From Cupriavidus necator (GTDB lineage Bacteria > Pseudomonadota > Gammaproteobacteria > Burkholderiales > Burkholderiaceae): DNA of 32,000 nucleotides. The translations under genes and the position numbers were made by a program. The notes under the pieces are model-generated. The model did no database searches, was not told the origin of the DNA, and saw only the letters and a program-made list of their open reading frames with translations. Positions 17,173-24,648 of this stretch are shown here, one piece after another; positions within the stretch are counted from its first letter, which is position 1; the number at the start of each line of letters is the position of its first letter. Location: positions 330,001-362,000 of the forward strand of contig NZ_CP066019.1 of the NCBI RefSeq assembly GCF_016127575.1. Direction: 5' to 3'.

Positions 17173-18171
17173 ATGCGTAGCGCTCCCCCGATCGTTCTGA
17201 CCGAGCAGGATCGTACCCGGCTCGAAGCGCTCGCTGCGGCGGCGGATGCACCGGCCAGGGTGGCGCAGCGCGCGCGCATCATCCTGCTGGCCGCGGCGGG
17301 AGTACAGAACCAGGCGATTGCCCCGCGCCTCGGCATCGGGCGGGCCCAGGTGGCACGCTGGCGCGAGCGCTATGTGCAAGCCGGGCTGGCCGGCATCCTC
17401 AACGACCTGCCGCGCGGCGCGCCGCCGGTCAAGGTGGACGTGGCGCGCATGGCGGTGCTGACGGGCACGGATGGCAACGGGCAGCCCCGGGCCTGGGGCG
17501 TGCAAAGCCTGGCCACCGAGCTGGGGGTCAGTCCGGCAAGCGTCTCGCGCCACCGGCGTGCCGCGGGACTTGTCTCCGGCAATATGCGCAGGACTGGCTA
17601 TCTCCCCCCCGCGCCGTTCACCGGTGGCATGGCCGAGATCGTTGCCCTGTACGTGTCGGCGCCGGAGCATGCGCTGGTCCTGGCGTTCGATGGAGGCGAG
17701 GACCAGGACAGCAATGCCGGCGCCCTGCCTCGCATGTGCCCGGCGCCGGCACAGCAGCGCAGCCTGACCGCATCGCTGCTGACCGCATCGCTGCTGACCG
17801 CACTCAGGGTACTCGACGGCGAACTTGCGCAGGCGCCTTCCGGGTCCGGCCGGCACAGGCAGTGGCTTGCCTTCCTGCAGGAGGTCGATGCGGCCACCGT
17901 GCCCGGCCGCAGCCTTTGGGTTTTTGCGGACAACCATGCGTGCCACCAGCACGCCGAAGTGCAGCAATGGCTGGAGCGCCATCCGCGCATCACCGTCCAG
18001 CTGGCACCCAGTGCGGCAAGCTGGCTGCGCACGGTCCAGGGGTTCCTGCGGGAGTCCCGGGCCGGCCAGGCGGCCTGCCGGACGAGATTTCCGTCCGGCA
18101 TTCCGGAGGCGCTGGCGGCGATCGAGGCCGCCAGGCGCTCGCGCGGCGCCGTGCCCTACCGATGGATACGC
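17173..18171 (+). mobile_element. IS630-family (DDE_3-type) transposase-derived segment; not an intact IS (no stop of its own, no terminal repeats recognised)
   Basis: Residues 1 to about 333 of ORF 17173..18939 follow the IS630 transposase layout. HTH parts: QRARIILLAAAGVQNQAIAPRLGIGRAQVARWRERYVQAGLAGILNDLPRGAPP and LGVSPASVSRHRRAAGL. Core: HALVLAFDGGE, WVFADNHACHQHAEVQQWLERHPRITVQLAPSAASWLRTVQGF and VPYRWI. The end coordinate is approximate. Confidence 0.6.
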
Positions 18172-18939
18172 GAGCGCGCCGCGGCGCGGGTGACAGACGC
18201 CCGGACCCCTTCGGGGGCACGGCGGCCTGTGCTGCCGGTCGTCGGCACGAAGGTACTGCCGCCGCACGGCACCGGCCAGCTGATGCCGCGCGAAGCCCTG
18301 ATGGCCCGCCTCATGCAGTCGCGCCGGCACCGTTGCGTGGTCATCCAGGGTCAGGCGGGAAGCGGCAAGACCAGCGTGCTGGTGGCCTGGCGCAAGGCGA
18401 TGATCTCCTTCGGCTATGACGTCTGCTGGCTGTCGCTGTCCGTGGAGGACAACGATCCTGCGCGCTTCCTCGACTACCTGTTTGCCAGCATTGCCGAGTC
18501 CGCCCCCACCGTAGCGGGCAAGGTTCAGGAGGTGGGGGCCGGACACGACGGCGAGACGCTGGAACTGCGGATCATTGCGCTGGTACAGGAGCTTTCCCGG
18601 CGCACGCGCGACCTGGTGCTGATGATCGACGACCTGCACCACGTGTCCGATTCGCGCATCCTGCGCGCGCTGCAGTTGCTGCTTGACTACGCCCCGCCGC
18701 AACTGCACGTGGCGGTGGCTTCCCGCACCGCGCTGGAACTGTCCATGGAGCGACTGCGACTGCAGAACCTGCTGGCGGAATTCGACATGCGCGACCTGCG
18801 CTTTTCGCCCGAGGAGTCGGCCCGCTTCCTGCTTGACCGCCTGGGCAGCATCACGCCCGCCGACGCGGCAGCCATGCACGAACTGACCGACGGATGGGTG
18901 GCCGGCCTGCAACTGCTGGCAATCGGGCTGCGCAAGTAG
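17173..18939 (+). CDS. fusion ORF: transposase-like N-terminal module + STAND/MalT-type P-loop NTPase domain, ending at an in-frame TAG (5' part of a split LuxR/MalT-family regulator)
   Basis: 588 aa. Walker A GQAGSGKT is at 18349..18372 and Walker B LVLMIDDLH at 18613..18639, followed by the MalT-like LTDGWVAGLQLLAIGL. No SD precedes ATG 17173. It is in the same frame as 18958..20850. Confidence 0.75.
   Translation: MRSAPPIVLTEQDRTRLEALAAAADAPARVAQRARIILLAAAGVQNQAIAPRLGIGRAQVARWRERYVQAGLAGILNDLPRGAPPVKVDVARMAVLTGTDGNGQPRAWGVQSLATELGVSPASVSRHRRAAGLVSGNMRRTGYLPPAPFTGGMAEIVALYVSAPEHALVLAFDGGEDQDSNAGALPRMCPAPAQQRSLTASLLTASLLTALRVLDGELAQAPSGSGRHRQWLAFLQEVDAATVPGRSLWVFADNHACHQHAEVQQWLERHPRITVQLAPSAASWLRTVQGFLRESRAGQAACRTRFPSGIPEALAAIEAARRSRGAVPYRWIRERAAARVTDARTPSGARRPVLPVVGTKVLPPHGTGQLMPREALMARLMQSRRHRCVVIQGQAGSGKTSVLVAWRKAMISFGYDVCWLSLSVEDNDPARFLDYLFASIAESAPTVAGKVQEVGAGHDGETLELRIIALVQELSRRTRDLVLMIDDLHHVSDSRILRALQLLLDYAPPQLHVAVASRTALELSMERLRLQNLLAEFDMRDLRFSPEESARFLLDRLGSITPADAAAMHELTDGWVAGLQLLAIGLRK
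17764..17802 (+). repeat. 15-bp tandem repeat CTGACCGCATCGCTG, 2.6 copies, in frame (LTASL-LTASL-LTA)
   Basis: Read directly: unit 1 at 17764..17778, unit 2 at 17779..17793, and a partial unit at 17794..17802. Confidence 0.9.
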
Positions 18940-18957
18940 CGGCCCGGCAGCTACCCT

Positions 18958-20850
18958 GTGGCGCAACTCCGCGATCCCCGCGCGTTCGCGAGCTACTTCG
19001 AGCGTGAAGTGCTGGTCCGGCTGGCTCCGGACGATCTCGATGTCCTGACGCGCGTGGCCATCTGCCAGCGATTCTGTGCGTCGCTGTGCGCCGAGATACT
19101 GGGCCAGCCGCAAGCCGTGACGCGGCTCGGGAGCCGCATCTCGCAGATGGTGGCCGACAACCTGTTCATCTCGGTCGTGCCCGGCCATGATGATGAAACG
19201 TGGTACCGGATCCATCCGCTGTGGCGCGAGACGCTGCGCGGCCACATCGACGATGCCGTGCTGCATGCCGTGAGGGCCGGTGAACCCGCAGCGGCAGCGA
19301 ATCTGGTCGAAGGCTGCGCGCTGGCCTTGCTGGCGCGCGGTGAGCTGAGCCGGGTGGCCGGCCTGGTGCGCATGCTGCCGGACGAACAAGTCCGCCAGCG
19401 CTACCGCCTGCATGGCGTGATGGCGTACATGCAGCTCTACGCACGCGATTTCGAGGCCCTGCGGGTCTCCCTGGCGCTGCTGGAGGCGCAGCGCGACGCC
19501 CTCAGCGCGAGCGGGCGCTACAGCCTGAGCCTGCTGAAGGCAGGGCTGGCGCTGCAGTTCGACGAGAGCGACGAAGCCGCGGCGATGCTCGATGAGCTGC
19601 GCAATGCGCCGCCGGACACGATCGAATTCGTCTGGCATACGCGTGCCAATGTGCTGTCGCTGCTCCTCACGCAACGCGGCGAGCATGACCTCGCCCGCAG
19701 CGTTCTGGAAGAGGCCGACCAGCGCACCCGCTCACGGCGCAGCTGGCTGCTGGGCCGCTGCATCCATGCGCTTGGCCTTGCGCAGGAAGGCCAGATCCAG
19801 GAAGCCGGCAGGATCGTGAAGGAGGTGCTGGAAGAGGCCGAAGGCCTCGGGCAGGGCTATGTGCCGGTGGCGGGCATGGCAGCGGGCCTGCTGGCCGATA
19901 CGCTGTACGAACTGAACGAGACCGAGGCCGTCTGCCATCTGCTGGAACCGCGCATGGGCGCGCTGGAGCGTGCGTCGCTGCCGGAGGTGGTGCTGCGTGC
20001 GAGCCTGGTGCTTTCGAACTCGCACTGGCAGGCCGGCCGCAGCGCGCAGGCCCTGGCCTGCCTTGACCGCCTCGAAGCCTATGCCAGACGGTACGCGCTG
20101 GACCGCGTGCTGGCCGAAGCGATGGTGCTGCGTCTGCGCCGGCATTTGCACGGCGGCGAGATGGAGCAGGCCGCGCTCGTGCTGGATCGTGTCGAAGCGC
20201 TGGCGTCGCGCCACGCCGGGTCCGGCCCTGGAAAGTCTGCCCAGATCGCACGCGCGGCAAGCTGCGCCTGGATCGATATGGCGCTGTACACGCGCAATTT
20301 CGCCGGTGCGCTGGAGCGCATCCCCCCGCTGATCGCCGGCGGCGACCAGAGCGCCGGCACGGTCGGCCTGCGCATGCAGCTTGCCGCGGCGCGCCTGGGC
20401 CTCGGCGAGACGCAGGCTGGCCGGGACGACTTCATCGAGGCAATGCGCGTGGGACATCGGCTGGGCCTGTCGCGGACGCTGCTGGATGCCTTGCAGACCG
20501 TGCCGGATGCTCTCGATATGCTGGCGCGCGATCCGTTGCCTGATCCCGTCCTGGCGTTCCAGGTCCAGCGCCTGATGCATGCGCTGCGCTCGGCTGCGGG
20601 CCGGCATGGCCGCGCGACAGGCGGCCACGAAGCCGACGCCTTGCGCCTGCTCAGCGGGCGCGAGCGGGAGATCCTGCAACTGCTGGCCCAGGCCATGTCG
20701 AACAAGAAGATCGCGATGATCCTGAACGTCTCCGCCGAGACGGTCAAATGGCATCTCAGGAACATCTACGCCAAGCTGGGCGTCGGCAGTCGCGCGGGCG
20801 CTGCGGCATTGCTGCGCGACATGGCCGGGCCGGCGGCGGCGAACCACTGA
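18958..20850 (+). CDS. 3' part of the split MalT/LuxR-family regulator: helical-repeat sensor region + C-terminal LuxR/GerE HTH
   Basis: 630 aa from a GTG with no SD. It continues the MalT-like sequence directly (FEREVLVRLAPDDLDVLTRVAICQRFCASLCAEI, WYRIHPLWRETL). The C-terminus reads LSGREREILQLLAQAMSNKKIAMILNVSAETVKWHLRNIYAKLGV (about 20650..20820). It is probably not an independent gene. Confidence 0.7.
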   Translation: MAQLRDPRAFASYFEREVLVRLAPDDLDVLTRVAICQRFCASLCAEILGQPQAVTRLGSRISQMVADNLFISVVPGHDDETWYRIHPLWRETLRGHIDDAVLHAVRAGEPAAAANLVEGCALALLARGELSRVAGLVRMLPDEQVRQRYRLHGVMAYMQLYARDFEALRVSLALLEAQRDALSASGRYSLSLLKAGLALQFDESDEAAAMLDELRNAPPDTIEFVWHTRANVLSLLLTQRGEHDLARSVLEEADQRTRSRRSWLLGRCIHALGLAQEGQIQEAGRIVKEVLEEAEGLGQGYVPVAGMAAGLLADTLYELNETEAVCHLLEPRMGALERASLPEVVLRASLVLSNSHWQAGRSAQALACLDRLEAYARRYALDRVLAEAMVLRLRRHLHGGEMEQAALVLDRVEALASRHAGSGPGKSAQIARAASCAWIDMALYTRNFAGALERIPPLIAGGDQSAGTVGLRMQLAAARLGLGETQAGRDDFIEAMRVGHRLGLSRTLLDALQTVPDALDMLARDPLPDPVLAFQVQRLMHALRSAAGRHGRATGGHEADALRLLSGREREILQLLAQAMSNKKIAMILNVSAETVKWHLRNIYAKLGVGSRAGAAALLRDMAGPAAANH

Positions 20851-21066
20851 TCTCCCCGCAGGGCAGGACTGATCCGGAAACCCACGACATCGCAGTCATC
20901 CCTGCAGCCACGGAAGCTGCGCCCTCGGGGCGCTCGCGGCGCAGTCCATGCCGTGTACCGGCGGCGCACATCCGTTCTCATACCAACTGGCGCACACCCC
21001 GTCAAACTCCGGCTCCGGCCACATCTCCAACCCGTGCCGGGGAGGCGGCTACGTTCCGGGCGCGTG

Positions 21067-21411
21067 CCGCGCGTGGTGGGCCTGGCCGTGGCGAAGGACA
21101 TGATGATGACCGCGCGCCGCATCGGCGTGGAAGAGGCAAGGGAGCTTGGTATCGTCCATTCCGTCTACACGCCGGAGGCATTGCCGGAGGAGGCCCGCCG
21201 CCTCGCGCGCCGTTTCCTGGCGGGTCCCCCGCAGGCGCTCGGGCAGACCAAGCGGATGCTCAATGGCAGTTTCGAGACCTCCTACGCAGTATTCGTGGAG
21301 CTTGAAGCGAACGCGCAGGCCGTGGCGACCACCACGGCTTATCACGCACAGGCGCTGCAGCGCTTCGCGCGCGGCCAACCCTTGCGTTTCGACTGGGACC
21401 GTGCAGAGTGA
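21067..21411 (+). pseudogene. 5'-truncated enoyl-CoA hydratase (crotonase) remnant, C-terminal ~114 codons only
   Basis: PRVVGLAVAKDMMMTARRIGVEEARELGIVHSVYTPEALPEEARRLARRFLAGPPQALGQTKRMLNGSFETSYAVFVELEANAQAVATTTAYHAQALQRFARGQPLRFDWDRAE is collinear with the C-terminus of 7197..8027 (PRVVGMAAAKDLMMTARRVSAEEAKDLGIVYS...RYDWDRQA). The N-terminal catalytic part is missing. Confidence 0.8.
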
Positions 21412-21453
21412 TGCTCGCGCTTGCCGGCAAGGGCTTGCCGTGCGTTGCCGCGG

Positions 21454-22656
21454 TCATCGCGGTGTGTCGGTGGTCCTCCCAATCAGAAGCCACGTTTGCA
21501 GGTCACCGATGCCCTTTGCCGGAACCAGTCCGCGCGCTTCAAGCAGGAATGGTTCGCCAAGCTTCTGCCGGGTGGCTTCCGTTACCTGAACGCGGCCGAC
21601 CACGCCCTGGGACTCCATCCGGCTGGCGATATTCACGGTATCGCCCCATAAGTCGTAGATGAACTTCCTGCGCCCGATCACGCCAGCCACGACAGCGCCG
21701 CTGTGGATGCCAACCCGCAACTGCAGGTTGTAGCCGCTTCGCCGATTGAATTTGCCCAGCGACTCGATCATGTCCAGCGCCATATGAGCGGCCCGAACGG
21801 CATGATCGGCCGCTGGCACCGGCAGGCCGGCGGCTGCCATGTAGGCGTCGCCGATCGTCTTGATCTTTTCGAGCCCCCGGCTGTCCGCGATATTGTCAAA
21901 TTCGGCAAATATCTCGTTCAGTACTGCCACCAGCCGTTCCGGGTTCAGGCTGGGGGAAAAACGGGTGAACTGTACGAGGTCTGCAAATAGAACGGACACT
22001 TCCTGGAACTTGTCGGCAATGACCTCCGGAGGGGCGGCGGCAATGAGATCGGGGCGCAGCTTCAGACGCTCGGCAATGGGGGCGGGCAGCACGTTGAGCA
22101 GCAGCCGTTCGGTCACCTGTTGCTCGCAGACGAGCTTGTCGTAAAGGCGCCTGAGCTCGTCGCTCTGGCGAACGATGGTCTCCCGGCTCGTTTCCAGTTC
22201 GCGCACCTTCCGCTCGAGTTCCTTGCCGTATTTCAGCGATTCCCCGTGCAGCAGGCGCACTTCCAGCATATTGCGAACCCGCATCAGTACCTCGGCCAGG
22301 TCAAACGGCTTGCTGACGAAGTCTTTCGCACCGGCTTGCAGCGCGCGCACCTTGTGGTCTGGCTGGGCCGTGATGACGATCACCGGAAGATAACTGTCTG
22401 CCTGGATCTGCTTGAGGCCTTCCATGACCTCGAAACCATCCATGCCGGGCATCTGGAGATCCAGCAGGATCAGGTCATAGTGGTTACTGCTGTGAAGCTC
22501 GCAGACCCGGCGTGGATCCATGGTTGACGCAACGCGAGCATAGCCGGCCCCGCGCAGCATCTGCTCGAGCAGCAGGACATTGGCCTCCAGGTCGTCAACG
22601 ACCAGGATCCTTGCCGCCAGAATGTCCGATGCGCTGATCATGTCGTGTTGCTTCAC
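21454..22656 (-). CDS. response regulator (REC) - coiled coil - class III adenylate cyclase
   Basis: 400 aa. REC motifs: ILVVDDLEAN, LILLDLQMPGMDG and FVSKPF. Cyclase motifs: VLFADLVQFT, KIKTIGDAYM, YDLWGDTVNIASRMES. GTG start at 22656 with GGAG upstream, overlapping the kinase stop (GTGA); ATG at 22641 is an alternative. Confidence 0.88.
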   Translation of the reverse strand: MKQHDMISASDILAARILVVDDLEANVLLLEQMLRGAGYARVASTMDPRRVCELHSSNHYDLILLDLQMPGMDGFEVMEGLKQIQADSYLPVIVITAQPDHKVRALQAGAKDFVSKPFDLAEVLMRVRNMLEVRLLHGESLKYGKELERKVRELETSRETIVRQSDELRRLYDKLVCEQQVTERLLLNVLPAPIAERLKLRPDLIAAAPPEVIADKFQEVSVLFADLVQFTRFSPSLNPERLVAVLNEIFAEFDNIADSRGLEKIKTIGDAYMAAAGLPVPAADHAVRAAHMALDMIESLGKFNRRSGYNLQLRVGIHSGAVVAGVIGRRKFIYDLWGDTVNIASRMESQGVVGRVQVTEATRQKLGEPFLLEARGLVPAKGIGDLQTWLLIGRTTDTPR

Positions 22657-24260
22657 GGACTCCGGACAGGCCCTCCGTGGGCGAGCTCCAATGCCGCGTT
22701 CAGTGCGTCCATGAACTCGTTGAGCCTGATCGGCTTGGTCAGATACCGGAAGAAGCCCGCTTTCGTACCTTTCTCGATATCGCGCGGCATCGCATTGGCA
22801 CTGAGGGCGATCACCGGAATGTGCGCTGTCCTGGGGTCTTCGCGCAGAAGTCCCAGCGCTTCGATGCCGTTGATATCCGGCAGATGGATATCCATCACGA
22901 TCACTTCTGGCAGGGCGGTGCGCGCGAGTTCGAGGCCAAGCGTTCCGGTGATCGCGGTCAGCAGCCGCATACCCGCCCGGCGCGCGATGAGTTGCTCGAC
23001 CAGTTTCAGGTTGGCGGGGTTGTCTTCGACATACAGCAGGGTATGCGCTGAAGGGCCGTGCTCTGATTGCGCCTGCGCCGGTACCGCCGGCTCGACGCTC
23101 TCGCCCGCCAATTCCGGGGGGCGGGAAGCGGGCAGTTCAACCCAGAATACGCTGCCTGCCTCAACCGCACTTTCGGCGCCGATGCTGCCTCCCATCAGTT
23201 CCACCAGGCGCTTGGCCACCACGAGGCCGATGCCTGTGCCTTCTTCGGGGCCCGCTTCTTGCCCGAGGCGGTTGAACGGCCGAAAAAGTTGTGCGAGCTG
23301 CTCCCGTGCCAATCCTGCGCCCGTGTCGCGCACGCTGATGCGAATGCGGTCCCCTGCGGTAACGCTCACTTCAACTGTTCCTTGATCTCGGTTGTATTTG
23401 ATGGCGTTAGACAGGAGATTGAGCAGGATCTGCTTTAGCCGGGTGCGATCCGCGCGAACAAAACATGGGAAATTGAACGATGGGAAGCGCATGCGAACCC
23501 CTCGCTTCAGTGCCTGCTGTTCGACCATGGCGTGGCATTCGCGCAAGGCTTCGGCCAGGGATACCGGCTCTGGCGACAGCGACGCCTGCCCGGCCTCGAT
23601 CTTCGCGAGATCCAGGACCTCATTGATCAATTCCAGCAAATGCCAGCCGGCTTTCAGAATCTGGTCAATGCTGGCCTGCTGCGCGGGGGGCGGCGGCGGC
23701 GAATCCGAAGCCATCAACTGCGCGAAGCCAAGGATCGCATTCAAGGGGCTCCGCAATTCATGGCTCATGCTGGAAAGGAAATCGGATTTCGCACGGTTGG
23801 CGCCCTCGGCCGCTGCCTGCGCCCGCTTCTGGTCCTCGATGTCGGTGCAGGTCGCAAACCACTTTACGATATTTCCGTCGCGATCCTTGAATGGCGCTCC
23901 GCGGGCAAGGTGGCATCGATAGGCGCCATCGGAAGCTCTCCTCAGGCGAAATTCGAGTTCATATTCGCACCCGCTTGCATGGGCGCTTCTCCAGCGTTTG
24001 CTGGTGCCTTGCATATCATCCGGATGGACGACAGTCTGCCAAGCCCCGAGTTGGGTTTGCTCAAGCGTAAGTCCGGTATAGGTAGACCAGCGCTGGTTGC
24101 AGTAGTCGATCCAGCCATCGGGTTTCGCGGTAAACACGATATGGGGTATGCCGTCGGCCAGCAATCTGAAGTGCTGTTCCCCCTCCTGAATGCCGGAGGC
24201 TGAGGGAGATGGCTTTGCCGACCGGTGCGTGGATGGCTTGCGCATGATCTGCCACAACAA
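22653..24260 (-). CDS. soluble hybrid sensor histidine kinase (PAS - HisKA - HATPase_c - REC)
   Basis: 535 aa. PAS: FRLLADGIPHIVFTAKPDGWIDYCNQRW...FATCTDIEDQK. H-box SHELRSPLNAI, N-box LLSNAIKYN, G-boxes VRDTGAGL and GTGIGL. Receiver: LLYVEDNPANL...VIVMDIHLPDINGIE...YLTKP. No hydrophobic membrane segment is evident. The start is uncertain (TTG 24260 or ATG 24245). Confidence 0.88.
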   Translation of the reverse strand: MLWQIMRKPSTHRSAKPSPSASGIQEGEQHFRLLADGIPHIVFTAKPDGWIDYCNQRWSTYTGLTLEQTQLGAWQTVVHPDDMQGTSKRWRSAHASGCEYELEFRLRRASDGAYRCHLARGAPFKDRDGNIVKWFATCTDIEDQKRAQAAAEGANRAKSDFLSSMSHELRSPLNAILGFAQLMASDSPPPPPAQQASIDQILKAGWHLLELINEVLDLAKIEAGQASLSPEPVSLAEALRECHAMVEQQALKRGVRMRFPSFNFPCFVRADRTRLKQILLNLLSNAIKYNRDQGTVEVSVTAGDRIRISVRDTGAGLAREQLAQLFRPFNRLGQEAGPEEGTGIGLVVAKRLVELMGGSIGAESAVEAGSVFWVELPASRPPELAGESVEPAVPAQAQSEHGPSAHTLLYVEDNPANLKLVEQLIARRAGMRLLTAITGTLGLELARTALPEVIVMDIHLPDINGIEALGLLREDPRTAHIPVIALSANAMPRDIEKGTKAGFFRYLTKPIRLNEFMDALNAALELAHGGPVRSP

Positions 24261-24648
24261 AGGAGCAAAGGAGAGACTGCCCGCGCGGGGCGGATGTCAG
24301 TTTCAACGAGGGACTCCTGACGAGGATATGCGCTTCCGCCGCCGGCAGGGCAATTTTGCTGGCTGCTGAACATCGACGTATCCAAGCCGGCACATTTCCA
24401 CGACATCTTGGATTCCCCGGGTAGTGCGAGTTCGAGCAGCACTGCTAGGCCAGGCTCCGCGCTCCGCCCCCATTGCGCATTGCACGGCGGCCAAGCCGGG
24501 ATTGCCTGGTGCACCGGCAATCTCCGGTCACCGGTGTCATCGCCGCGATGCCAACCAATACATCCAATGTATCGGTTGACATACCGAAAGTATTTTTCCG
24601 CCGGACTTCCGATCCGTACCATCGCCTCATGGATTTCGAGGAGACGAC

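Noticed and set aside
17100-18200. An intact, active IS630-family insertion sequence.
   Set aside because: The transposase-like frame has no stop codon of its own and continues into the NTPase domain. I could not find terminal inverted repeats or a TA duplication around it. The third catalytic position reads Q, and the core carries a slippage duplication. I therefore call it transposase-derived rather than a mobile IS. A proper TIR search was not possible by eye.
20953-21066. The 152-aa ORF 20953..21411 as an intact small gene.
   Set aside because: Only the part from 21067 onward resembles a protein family (crotonase C-terminus). The first ~38 codons are Arg/Pro-rich with no SD. A faint HPVKLRLRP resemblance to the crotonase xPEVKLGLxP segment near 20990 is too weak to call without an alignment tool.
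21425-21440. Hairpin CGGCAAG-GG-CTTGCCG between the crotonase remnant and the cyclase stop, considered as a terminator.
   Set aside because: The loop is too small as drawn and no T-tract follows on either strand. It may be structural but is not supportable as an intrinsic terminator.
23681-23700. G-run plus (CGG)n tract, gcgcggggggcggcggcggc.
   Set aside because: It simply encodes the SPPPPPA linker of the histidine kinase on the minus strand. It is short, in frame and shows no sign of being a separate repeat element.
24576-24604. Perfect TTGACA at 24576..24581 as the -35 box of the block C promoter.
   Set aside because: At 16-18 nt downstream the sequence is CGCCGG-like and no acceptable -10 hexamer is present. 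The only TATTTT is 9 nt away. The hexamer is more likely part of the TCGGT-N6-ACCGA dyad.
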